DNA from: Mobula hypostoma | Taxonomy: Eukaryota | Direction: 5' to 3' | Assembly: GCF_963921235.1 (NCBI RefSeq) | Contig: NC_086097.1 | Span: forward strand, 91,824,001-91,888,000 | DNA length: 64,000 nt | Shown: positions 12,889 through 25,625 of the stretch, in pieces | Position numbering within the stretch: position 1 is the stretch's first letter | How the letters are laid out: each line of letters starts with the position of its first letter | Translations under genes and position numbers: made by a program | Notes under the pieces: generated by a model | Told to the model about the DNA's origin: nothing | Seen by the model: the letters and a program-made list of their open reading frames with translations, nothing else | The model's database searches: none

Positions 12889-15800
12889 ATTGCGTATTGG
12901 TAAGGTTCTCATAGTCTATTCTTATATTTCTTACCGGTTCCTCGTTTTCTATTTAGCTTTTCTTTATCAATTTCTTGGATCTCCATTGCCAAGTTTTACT
13001 ATGTTCCCAGTTTTCTGGACTAATGTTATTTCTGGCAACTCCTCCTTGGATTTAAACACTGTCTTTAATTTCTTCCACAGGCCTCAGTTGGGAGACTTTT
13101 CCTGTTCTGTTTTTGTGACATAAAAATAACTTTTGCTGCAAATTATTCACTACTATTTCAAATCCCAGCTATTACCGGTCCACCTTCAAGCTTTTCAACC
13201 GTTTACTCCCCCAACCCATTAACTTCAGTCAGTTCTCTGCTTTTAAGAACATAGATTTGGACAAAACTGCATTAAACTCAAAACAAAATTATTTTAAAGT
13301 CCTTCATGACATTTTCAATTAACATATTCTCATTGTACAAAATAAGACTTAAAATTACTTTTTCCATAGTTCGTTCCTCAATGGAAGACCATCCAGTATA
13401 CATTCTGTGATTTGATCTTCCACCATACTTCAGCTAATTTAACTTGTTTAGTCAACAAAATAAACGGAAGTCCACCATGATTATATTACCTCTTCATTGC
13501 TTTCAATTTTAGCTGGTAGTCAACTAATATAGAAACGCAGAACTGTTACTCAAAAAAGGGAGCTATTCAACCATCAAATACAAATCAGCAGATTTTAGAG
13601 CAAACTAGTCAATACTATTCCTGCACTTTCTCTATGACCCAACTAATGACCATGCAATTTCCTTTTGAAAACCCTTTGCTACAATTTTCACCACCTGCTC
13701 TAGAAGCCAGTTCTAGACAATAAATAATTAGAGTGAAAGAATTTCCCAATATTTATTTATTTATTGAGATACAGCATGGAACAGGCTCTTCTGGCCTTTT
13801 GAGACACACCTCCCAACAATTCCCCCAATTTAATCCTAGCCTAATCACAGGACAATTTACAATGACCAATTAACCTACCAACCAATATGTCTTTGGACTG
13901 TGGGAGGAAACCAGAGCACCCGGATGTCCATCACTTTGAAACAGTCCTTGAATCATCCACTCATAATTTCAATCCATTTACCCATGATCTTGCCTACAGG
14001 TCTGTACAGACAGAAATGGCTCAATGTATCCATGGTAATCACAATGACTATCTAATCTAAGTCTATTTGCCCACATTAGGCCCATATTTTTCAACTCCTT
14101 TCCTATCCAAGTACTGGTCTAAAGTTTCTGTAAACATTGTAATTGTATGTGCAGCTACCACTTCCTCTGACCGCTCAATCTATGTAATTACTACCTTCTG
14201 CGTGAGAAACTTGCTCCTCAGATCTTCTTTAAATTTCTCCCCTCTCACCTTCAACTTATGCCCTCCAGTTATAGACTCCCCCCACTCTAAGAAAAAGACC
14301 ATTTACTCTATCTAAATAAGGTCACACCTGATCTTCCTACATTCCAGAGTAAAGAAAACAGCCTTTCCAATCTTTCCTTATAAGGGAAGCCTTCCACTCC
14401 TGGCAGCAACCTTGATAATTATTTGTTGCAAAGCAGAAATTCCCAGCTTTTCCGGTCAAAACCCTGTAGCTGAAATCCATGAAATTATTTTTGTACTCCT
14501 TCTCTGCAATTATTCTTGAATGTTTACATCTTTCCCACCAAGTAAAAATTGATCACAATGTTCCCCTTTGTGGCCCAAACAGTGTTTATAAATCTTCAAT
14601 ACAACCTCCCTATTGTTGTAGATTAGGCATATTTATGAATCACAGGATCGCATATTAAAAACAAAACTCTTTCAAAACTCCTGCAACTTTTAAAGGCACA
14701 GAGGCGCAGTTAATAAAACTGCTGCCTCACAACACTGGAGATCGAAGCTCAAACATGGCCTCCAATGAGGTCTGAGTTTGCTTCCTCACTCTTGAGTATA
14801 TGGGTTTTTACTAGGTAATCCAGTGTCCTCCAACATCCCAAGGAGATGCCTTATAGGTAACTACTGTAAATTGTCCCTCGAATAAGAGGACAGTTAGCAA
14901 GAACATGAGGAGAAAAAAAATGGAGTTAACACAAGATGACGTGTGCAAATGAGAGTCGGTGCAGACTGAGTACACTGAAGGGCTCATTTTCATGCTGTAT
15001 CTCTCTAGGACTCCATGACTTATTTACATATACACACCCAGGTCCTTCTGCTTTTGTAGACCATTTAGAATTGTGCCACAGCCTTTAGGAACATCAGACA
15101 TCTTCAAGACATATCCTTGCTGGCTGGTTTGCTAGAGCTGGGGAGGGTTTAAACTAAATTAGCCAAGGGATAAGAACCAGAGAGATCGAGCTGAGGATGG
15201 GGCAGTTGGTATACAACCTGTTGCAGTGTGCAGTGCAGTGAGACTGTGAAGAAGGACAGGCAGATGATAGGGCAAAACTGCAGTCAGTGGGATGAGTTGC
15301 ACTGTAACATGGGGACGAAATCTAAAAAGGTGACAAATACAGGACTGAAGGTGTTACATTTGAAGGTATGCAGTATACAGAATAAGGCAGATGATCTTCT
15401 AGCTCAGTTAAAGATTGGTAGGTATGACGCTGTGGGCATCATTGAGTAGAGACTGAAAGAAGATAATAGTTATGAGGTTAACATTCAATGAGCTTAACAT
15501 ACACATTGTATTTTTTTTTAAAGTGCAATCGTGAACAATAGCCAGATCAGAAATGCTGATCAAGTCAACTAGTTCCCAAAGAGAACTCTGATAGGCCAGT
15601 CAGATGGTTCACTGCGGCTCAGCGATAGAACACAAAAAAAACATATGTACAATTAAGAAACATTTTCAAAAAATAGTAGAAATACTGGAGTCATGATGAT
15701 CATGAAGTCTGCTGGACAGAGACATTTATACACATGCTGTCCATAATTCAAAGAAATTGAAGGATAAGGTTGCAGGGTGACAAAACGTGGCAGGAGCACT

Positions 15801-17892
15801 TGGAACTAAAAACTAATCCCTACCGGGAGAAAACAGCACCTGTTCTTTCTGCACTGTTCTCCAGCAGTTTAAGGACTAAGGACAGGGAGGCAGGCAGAGG
15901 CGGTGGCATGGCTCAGTTGGTAAAAAATGAAATCAAATCCTTAGAAAGAAGTCACATGGGATGGAAGATGTAGAGACCTTGTGGGTAGAGTTAAGAAACT
16001 GCAAGAGTAAAAAGACCCCAATGTAAGTTCTATATAGGTCTCCAAACAGTAGCTAGGATATGAGCTACAAATTACCACGGAAAATAGAAAATGCACATCA
16101 GAAGGGCAATGTTACGATAGTCATAGGGGACAAAAGTAAGCAAAAATCAGGTTCACAATCCCAAAATCCCAAGAGACCGAATGTGTAGAATGCCAAAGAG
16201 ATGGCTTTTTAGAGCAGCTTGTGGTTGAGCCCACTAGGGGAAAGGCAAGTTGTTGTATTATGAACTAGATTTGATTAGGGAGCTTAAGATAAAGGAAGCC
16301 TTAGGAGGTAATGATCATGTTATGATAGACCACTCTGCAATTTGAGAGGGAAAGGCTAAAGTTAGGTGTGTCAGTATTACAGTGGAGTAAAAGGAAATTA
16401 TAGAGGCATGAAAGAGGAGCTGGCCAAAGTTGATTGAAAGGAAACACTAGCAGCAATGGTTGGAGTTTCTGGGAGCAATGCAGAAGGCACAGGAAAGATA
16501 TATCCCAAAGAAGAAATAGTACTATAAAGGCAGTATGGCACAACCATGATCGACAAGGGAAGTCAAAGCCAACATAAAAGGAAAAGAGGACAGATAATAG
16601 AGCAAAAATTAATGGGATGTTAGAGGATTGGAAAGCTTTTGAAAACCAACAGAAGGCAACTAAGAAAAAGTCATAAGGAAAGGAAAGATGAAATATAAAG
16701 GTAAGCTTGCCGACAACGTCAAAGCAGATGCCAAAAAAATTCGCAGATATATAAAGAGTAAAATAGAGGCAAAAGTAGAAATTGGACCACTAGAAACTTG
16801 TATTGGAGAGGTTGTAATATGGGACAAAGGCAAACTAAATAAGTATTTTGCATCTGCCTTCACTGTGGAAGACACTAGCAGTATGCCAAAAGTTTAAGAA
16901 TGTCAGGGGGCAGAAGTGAGTGCAGTTGCTATTAGTAAAGAGAAGGTGCTCGGTAAGTTAAAAGGTCAGAAGGTGAATAAATCACCTGGACCAGATGGAC
17001 TACACCCCAGGGTTCTGACAGAGATGGCTGGGGAAATTGTGGAGGCATTGGTAATGATCTTTCAAAAATCACTAGATTCTGACATGATTCTGGAAGACTG
17101 GAAAATTTCAAATTTCATTCCACTCCAAGAAGGGAGAGAGGCAGAAGAGAGGAAATTATACTCTAGTTAATCTGATCTCAGTGGTTGGGAAGATGGTGGA
17201 GTCTATTGTTAAGGATGAGGTTTCAGGTTCCTTGGAGACACAGAACAAAATAAGCCAAAGTCAGCATGATTTCCTCAAGGAAAAGTCTTGCCTGACAAAT
17301 CTGTTGGAATTCTATGAGGAAATAACAAATAGGATAGACAAAAGAGAATTGGTGGATGGTGTGTACTTAAGATTTTCAGAAGGCATTTTGACACGAGGCT
17401 GCTAACAAGCTATGAGCCCATGGTGTTACAGGAAAGATACTAGCATGAATAAAGCAGTGGCTGATTGGCAGGAGGCAAAGAGTAGGAATAAAGGGAGCCT
17501 TTTCTGATTGAACTACTGTCACTAGTGGTGTTCCCGACCACTTCTTTTTACGCCACATGTCAAAGATTTAGATGGTGAAATTGATGGCTTTATTGCCAAG
17601 TTTGAGGACGATTCAAAAATAGGTGGAGGTGCAGGTAGTGTTGAGGAAGCAGAGGGGCTCCAGAAGGATTTAGACAGATTAGGAGAATGGGCAAAGAACT
17701 GGCAGAAGGATTAGTGTCAGTAAGAGTATGGTCATACACATTGGTAGAAGGAACAAAAGCATAGACTACTTTCTAAATGTGCAGAAAATTCAGAAATCAG
17801 AGGAGCAAAGGGACTTGGGAGTCCTCGTGCAGAATTCCCTAAAGGTTAACTTGCAGGTTGAGTCAGTGGTGAGGAAGGTAAATACAATGTTA

Positions 17893-18157
17893 GAAACTTA
17901 AACACAAGAAAATCTGCAGATGCCGGTATTTCAAGCAACACACATAAAAGTTGCTGGTGAACGCAGCAGGCCAGGCAGCATCTCAAGGAAGAGGTACAGT
18001 CGACGTTTCAAGCCGAGACCCTTTGTCAGGATTAACTGAAAGAAGAGCTCTTCTTTGTTAGTCCTGACGAAGGGTCTCGGCCCGAAACGTCGACTGTACC
18101 TCTTCCTAGAGATGCTGCCTGGCCTGCTGCGTTCACCAGCAACTTAGATGTGTGTTG
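17893..18157. mobile_element. Penelope-derived spacer-less palindrome inserted in CR1
   Basis: Arms of about 110 bp (17935-18047 and 18048-18158) centred on AAAGAAGAG|CTCTTCTTT. CAATGTTA is duplicated at 17885-17892 and 18158-18165. Confidence 0.9.
18060..18095 (+). ncRNA. Minimal type I hammerhead ribozyme motif (best-preserved copy)
   Basis: AGUC CUGACGA A GGG-UCUCGG-CCC GAAAC GUC GACU; predicted cleavage after C18091. Confidence 0.85.
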
Positions 18158-20938
18158 CAATGTTAAAATTCATTTTGAGAGGACTAGAATATAAGAGTAA
18201 GGATGTAATGCTGAGGCTTTTATAAGGCACTGGTGAGGCCCCACCTGGTGTATTGCAAGCAGTTTCGGGCCCTTTTTATAAGAAAGGATGTGCTGACATT
18301 AGAGATGGTTCAGCGGATGAGGTTAACGAGAATGATTCCAAGAATGGAAGGATTTTCGTATGAGTTGCATTTGATGGCTCTGGGCCTGTACTCACTGGAA
18401 TTTAGAAAAACGCAGGGGGTGGGGGGAAATCTCATTGAAACCTATCAAATGTTGAAAAATATAGATAGACTGGATATGGAGAGGATGTTTCCAATAGTGG
18501 GGGACCATAAGGCAGCCTCAGAATAGAGGGATGCCCACTTCGTACTCAAATGAGGAGAAATTTCTTTAACCAAAAGGTGGTGAATCTGTGGACTTCATTG
18601 CCACAGGCAGCTGTGAAGGCCAGGTCTTTGGGTGTATTTAAGGCAGAGGTTGATAGTTTCTTGACTAGTCAGTGTATGAAAGGTTACAGGGAGAGGAAGG
18701 AGAATGGGTTTAAGAGGGAAAATGGATCAGCCATGATGAAATGAGAGAAGGCTCAAACAGGTTGAATTGCCTATTTCTGCACATATCCTTTACGGTCTTG
18801 TACATATAACATTGATAGACATTTTGCTGCCTATTACTTAAAATTTCACTCAGGTACATAAGGCAATGATGGTTCTTTACAAATCCATAGCAGCTCTCTC
18901 AGTTCAGTTCAAAATAAAGGGTTTTCAGTCCTTCTGTCTTTAGTTTCAGGCCAGCAATCTCCTGATGATAGATATTATGCTTCCTTGACTTCCCCACCCA
19001 TTTCAATATTCTTAAACAGGTGAATGACACAAACCATTCAGTTCTCTAATTTGAGACAATTATTGAATAAGAGAACCTTGAAAAGTTTTGGTATCCACTG
19101 TGACCTTTAAACATTGCAGTATTGATGGTGCAGTTACAGTGATTATCATTTCAAAGGAGTGGCAAATTTTATTACAGCAAGTCCATAAAACAATAAACAT
19201 CTCTGTAAAGGCAAAGGAAATGCAGTTTAAATTATTTTCTTATGGGACCATAAGATGGATAAACTTACAAGCTGACCAGAATAGCCAGGGATGAGGTTAA
19301 TCAAATCAGGAATGATAACCTATGCAGAAAAAGTATACTACCTCTTCCAGTTTTCTCCCCACCAGAAGGTAGACTGCACCCATGACTTTAAAATGAAACT
19401 AAATTTCTCCTGTTCACTCTCCTGAAGGAGTGATATTTCAACCCTCAGTTTAACTGTAACATCGACAGAGCCCTTACCCCTCACTGTAACACTGACACAC
19501 CCCTCACACATTTGTAATGGGGAGATGTCATTCAAAAGTGTTCACTTTTAATATAACTAAGGCCCTGGAAACTATAAAAAAATGCTATTAAAACAAGTTC
19601 TGGCAGTTTCTAATATTTGGGGCCTATGGTTATACTACTTACTTACTTAAGCCTGTCATCCCTACTGAGCCCTCTGTCCTGGGCCAGTCTTTCAAGTTGC
19701 CCCTTTGTGTAGCCTATCTTCTTGAGGTATCCTTCCTCTTCCAGGAATTAGATCTTTGGAGCTCTGTTGGCTATTTTACAGAATGAGGATGCTAGCCCCA
19801 TGTCCAACTCTCCTCATCTCGCAGCAGGGCTTGGTGCAGTTTCTGTGGCTATATGCTCATGAGAAATAGATGTCCCTGGCAATCAATGTTGGCATTTACT
19901 CTCGATCCCTAAATTACTACTGAACAGTGGAGGGAGGTAAGAGTCAAACAGAAAGATAGGCATGGAGTCACATTTAGCCTAGACAGAACAAAGATGGCAA
20001 ACTTCTTTCTCTACAGGAAATTAACAAAGCAGTTGGATTATAACATTAATCTGATAGTTCCACAGTTGTTATTATTAATTCTATCTTTATCTATCAGATT
20101 CAATGACATGAATTCAAATTACCCCAACTGTTATGGCAAGTTTTGAACTGGCACAGGTCTCTAGATGCTAATCCAGCAAGTTAACTCTTGGCTACTGTAG
20201 GGCTGAATCCACGATAAAACGTAGATATAGTTGTAGGTTCTTGAGGCACTTATTGATGGCCTTGAACTACTAATGGCAATTTTCAATGTAGTGACACAAA
20301 TTGTTGAAAATTATCCATTACACAGAGAGGGACAAGATAGTTTGCTTCTGAATAGATTCAAAACAGAAATAACAACCCTCAAACAATATTCATATTCATT
20401 GTTCTTTTTATAGACTTGTCTCACAATCCAGGTGGTAATTCCCAACCTAGGGGCTAGCCAGCTTTTGAGTGGCTTATCTAATTTGCCCTTAATTCTTTTT
20501 CTTTCTCATAGTTCTCCATCACTCTAAGACTTGCAGAGTACTGTACTGCATTGCACTGTACTGCTGCAAAAAAAATACATATTTCCTGACATATGTGAGT
20601 GATGATAAACCCAATTCTGAAATGGGTCTCTATTGTGGACTGAGTGGAAAGCAGGCAGGTAGAGAGGAATCATGGTAGAGAAAGGGGAAAGGGAGTGGGG
20701 AGGGAGCAGGAAGCGCCAGAGAGAAATTCTGTAATGATCAATAAACCAACTGTTTGGAATCAAATGAGCTTGCTTGGTGTCTCAGGGATAGATGTGTCTG
20801 CACCCACGCCACCCCCCACTCCTGGCACTCCTTTGCCAACTGTCCCACATCCCTCCCACAGTACTCCACCCTCTCCAATCCTAACATCCTTTCCTCCCGC
20901 CAGATTTACAAACTTGTTCTCTGCTCCACTTTGACAAA

Positions 20939-21000
20939 TACAGTACTGTGAAATGTCTTAGGCACCCTAGCTATATATATGTGCCTAAGACTTCTGTACT
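20939..21000. mobile_element. Tiny Tc1-type MITE remnant
   Basis: TA-CAGTACTGTG..GTCTTAGGCAC / GTGCCTAAGAC inverted termini; a related half-terminus at ~20524-20545. Confidence 0.55.
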
Positions 21001-21893
21001 CTTCTGCATATGTTTTAATTCCCTTTTGAAAAATACTGAATTTCCTATCATTGTTTCAGACAGTGCAGTCCAAATTATAAATCTGTGTACATTATTTTTT
21101 CCCCATTCACCTTAGATAGAATACATTTGCCCTTGTTTACAGAGCCTCCTTTCTGTGAAAACATCATTCCCTTTAACAAAAAAACACTAAAAAAAATTCA
21201 TTGAGATATAGTGAAGAGGGAGGATAGATACAAGCTTCAAGTCTTAGCTGGGTTAGAGACTTGTTGATTTCTTAACTACATTATTATAACATAAAGTACA
21301 CAAGCACTCAGCAAACAGCATTTTAATGGCCAAGGGATCAAACAAGCTATTTCGCTCAGCAATATCCAACACCACCATCAACTGAGTCACTTGACTGAAT
21401 GCACAAATGATATCTTGTCAAATTTAATCCAAGCTTAAATCAGCAATAAACTGTAGAAACATATTTCTGAGAATGTTGGAATAAACTAAATACACTTTCA
21501 AATTCAGAATCAGTAAACATGCAGGTAATCTGCAGAGTAACTATTGCCCTAAATTCAGTTTATCTGCAAGTTAACCAGAGGTCTTAATAACACTACATAT
21601 GATGAGTAAAGCAAAGAGCATTTTTTGTTGAATACTTCTTGACAAGAAAGCAGAACTAACAAGAATTCAAATCAATGGACCCATTTTACATAAAATATCA
21701 GAAAGAACAGAACACAGATCAACATTCCAGTAAGTTCAATTTACTATTATTCCACGGTTACAAAACAAATTACCCAAATTCTGCACATTTGAGTTGTGTT
21801 TACTGATTCATTGCTCCTGTCTCAGACTCACATCTGCTTTTGATTGCTCTCTTCCCCAAACTCTGAAATAATAACAAGTATACATTTAACCAC

Positions 21894-22777
21894 GCAAACA
21901 CGAGAAAATCTGTAGATGCTAGAAATTCAAGCAACACACACAAAATGCTGGTACTCCCTCCCGGCACTTACCCTTGTAAGCGGAACAAGTGCTACACATG
22001 CCCTTACACTTCCTCCCTCATCACCATTCAGGGCCCCAGACAGTCCTTCCAGGTGAGGCGACACTTCACCTGTGAGTCGGCTGGGGTGATATACTGCGTC
22101 CGCTGCTCCTGATGTGGCCTTCTATATATTAGTGAGACCCGACGCAGACTGGGAGACCGTTTCGCTGAACACCTACGCTCTGTCCGCCAGAGAAAGCAGG
22201 ATCTCCCAGTGGCCACCCATTTTAATTCTATGTCCCATTCCCATTCTGATATGTCAAACCATGGCCTCCTCTACCGTCAAGATAAAGCCATACTCAGGTT
22301 GGAGGAACAACACCTTATAGCCTCTGGGTAGCCTCCAACCTGATGGCATGAACATTGATTTCTCTAACTTTTGTAAATGCCCCTCCTCCCCTTCTTACCC
22401 CATCCCTTATTTATTTTATTCCCTGCCCCTATTTTTTTCTTCTCTCTCTGTCTCTCTCACACAATCACTCCTTGCCTGTTCTCCATCTTTCTCTGGGCTC
22501 CCCTCCCCCTTTCTTTTTCCCTAGGCCTCCTGTCTCATAATCCTCCCCCTTCTCCAACTCTGTATCCCTTTTGCCAATCAATTTTCCAGCTCTTAGCTTC
22601 TTCCCTCCCCCCTCCTCCTATCATTTTGGATCTCCCCCTCCCACTTTCAAATCTCTTACTATCTCTTTTCTCAGTTAGTCCTGACGAAGGGTGTCGGCCC
22701 AAAACATCGACTGCACTTCTTCTTATAGATGCTGCCTGGTCTGCTGCGTTCCACTAGCGTTTTGTGTGTGTTGCTTT
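21894..22777 (+). mobile_element. Penelope-like element: inverted 5' terminus, GIY-YIG endonuclease remnant and hammerhead terminus, with 11-bp TSD
   Basis: Encodes PCKRNKCYTCPY...FTCESAGVIYCVRCS*CGLLYISETRRRLGDRFAEH...LEEQHLI. CATTTAACCAC at 21883-21893 and 22778-22788. The hammerhead at ~22677-22712 has a G12>A change. Confidence 0.92.
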
Positions 22778-24529
22778 CATTTAACCACTACTCCTATCCT
22801 TGAAATCCGACTTCAACACAGCTTGGTTGGAATCTATTCAATTATACAGACACTTGTCAGTATTCCTGCGTTGCCATCAATCTAAAACTACACAGATACT
22901 AACTTCTCAGGATTGTGCTAGAAGTCTCATTCATCTCAAAAGTGATATTAATTGATAACTTGTTCCATTATTCTTGGCAGCTCAATCTCATTTTGTTAGA
23001 GAAAGATTGAAAATTGGGCAATAAACTTGCACCTAACTTTACTGAGACCTAGAGCACAACGAAAGACAATCTGACCCATCAAGAATGGTCTGCCCTGGCT
23101 GTGTGAAAGCCCATTCCTATTGCACCACTAAATGTTGCCTTTCATTGTAAAGTAAATTTTCAATTCCCTTTTAAAAATTATTAAATCAGCTACCACAACC
23201 ATTCCAGACATCTCTCTTTACCCACACACTCCCTCATAAAAGAATATTTTTGCAAGTTTTGCTTTTATTAATTGTTTTTCAATGAATACCCTTTGTTCTC
23301 TGACACACCTGCCAATGGAAAAAAAGAACTCTGCTGATTCGGCAGAAATTGCAAATTCTACAATATTAGGCTTCTACTGCAATGTTTGTGGTGTTTGAAA
23401 AATTGCACCTCTTAAACAGTAGGCTTGCCTGCAACCACCCACAGCATACTTAAATGACTGATTAATACCTCATCCTTTTTGCAATGATCAGCATCACATC
23501 GAACGGATCTGTCAAAACAGTGCATAACGTAGAGAAAGTATTCCTTTGCACTTACGTAATTGCACCTCAAATGTTTGAATGAGCATCATAATAGTACTGA
23601 ATGAAGGCATTTGTTGCCACTCTAACATGCAGGTCAACTTAAAATTTGGAGGGCTTTCATAAAGTGGATGGAAAAGACAGAATTGCTCTTCACCTATCAT
23701 CTTTCACAGACCAAAATTCTTGTAATATATGCCACCACAGATCTGCAATAACATGGGACAGAGAACCTAGATTAACATCTCAGCAGAATACTAAGGAAAT
23801 GGTGCCCTGCAAAAGCAGTACTGTCTGCCCTGGTATGTAGACAGAAGATTTTAATGGCACTACTCTAAAGGATTGTAGGGGAAATATCCTGGTCAATTAA
23901 TTATTTCTTAAAGAGCCTCTCTAAACTTATTACCTAGTCATTACTAATTTCAGTCTGTGGAACCTAGCTTCCAAATGTGCTACTTATAGTTGCCTATATT
24001 CTAACTATGCCAATGGTTTAAAAAGTGCTCAATCACTTTAAGATGTGAAAACTTTTATAGGAAACTCGCTCTCTTCATTTTATCATCGAATCAGGAAAAC
24101 AAAGCAGACTCTAATAACATGAATTTAGGAAGGAACGATTAGGATTTTTCCCCTCAGTGGTTGACATTGCACAAACAGACAATAGATTCCCCAAAGCAAA
24201 TAAAAGGGTATGTGACACTGGTTCTGCTTCTGCAACAAGATACAATGTTTGTTCCTCTTCAGTCAGATTCCATTTTACAAAATTACAAGGTGCCATGTTG
24301 TTTGTTTAAAGTAGTACATTTCTAACAACAGATAGCATACAAACTCAGAACAGATTGCCCCTTGAACGGAATAAAGCAAGTCACTACTATAACTCTAGTC
24401 ACTGACACCCTGCAGACAAACATAGGTAGATCAGGTGGACTATATGGAAGATGTCGCCCGAGGTAACATTGTCCACTGGTGCCATCTTGACCTGCCTAGA
24501 AGGTGGCATGCCAATGACTATATTTCATT

Positions 24530-25340
24530 AATAGTTTGAGGTCAGTGGATTTGGTATGGCACCAATGACTCTAGCAAATTTCTGCAAATGTGCAATGGAG
24601 AACATTCTCACTGGTTGCATCACAGCCTGGTATGGACTTCCAATGCACAGGATCCCAAGAGACTGCAGAGGGTTGGAGACCAAGTTCCATTACGGGCACT
24701 AGCCTCTTCAAGTGTAATGCCTCAAGAAGGCTGCTTCCATCATGAAGGATCTCACCATCCAGGCATCAATAGTTTACTGTTGGAATATGAATAATATGAC
24801 TTTGAATAATATCAAAAGAACAACTTTTGGGTAATAAGATGAAGCAACTTCAATTAGTGTGACCAAGCATAGCTCAGAGAAAAAAAACTGGTTTATCTTT
24901 AAGTCTGTACCCAGATTCATTTCTGGACCTCTTGTTCATTAAAGATGAAAGCTGTACCTCACAATGTATCTTAACATGGGCCTTGTACCTTATTGTCTAC
25001 TGTACTGTACTTCCTCTGCAACACTACATTCTGTATTCTGTTATTGGATTTCCCTTGTACTATTATAAGTTCAAGTTCAATTATCATTTAACCACACATG
25101 AATATAGACAAACAAAGCAGCACTCCTCTGAAGCCAAGGTACAAAACGCATTACCAACACAGCATATATGGAATGCTAGCAGAAAACATACAATCACGAA
25201 AAAGTATAGCTCAAGTCCCTGAATGTCGCAGCCTGTAGAATGATGATGCATGGGATGTTGTCTTCATCTAGCTTGTTCTTCCATTGAGCAAACACTGGAG
25301 GGCAGAACCCAGCATACACCAAGACAGCACCAACAGAAGG
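24530..25340. mobile_element. Rex1/Babar-type 3' fragments in both orientations
   Basis: ENILTGCITAWYG..NAQDPKRLQRV motif at ~24600-24680. Confidence 0.6.
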
Positions 25341-25625
25341 GGCATAATGCTCTTAAGTTTTGAAATGATCTGTACAGTTGGCATGCAAACCTAATTTTCC
25401 ACTGTACATGACAAGAATAAACCAGTTCCAAAGCTTGGTAGAAATCACAAGTGTTTGTCTCTTTCAAAGGCTTAACAGGCATTTTTTATATATTATTGAA
25501 TCAATCAAAATTGCCATAGTATTTGATCTCATCTTCAAATTTGTCATCAAGTTATGACACTATTACTGCAAACCATACAGGCTTCAAGTAAACACACAGT
25601 TCAATTTTAACCAAATAATCCTATT

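Larger units (their letters stand above)
15110..18800 (+). mobile_element. Long decayed CR1 LINE (endonuclease and RT), with two internal insertions
   Basis: Endonuclease-start remnant LKVLHLKVCSIQNKADDL; KSPGPDGLHPRVL; KSCLTNLLEFYEE; RPHLVYCKQF. Many stops and frameshifts. Confidence 0.92.

Noticed and set aside
24423..24498. Small imperfect inverted repeat (taggtagatca...tgacctgccta)
   Set aside because: Too short and degenerate to assign to a MITE or a structured RNA.
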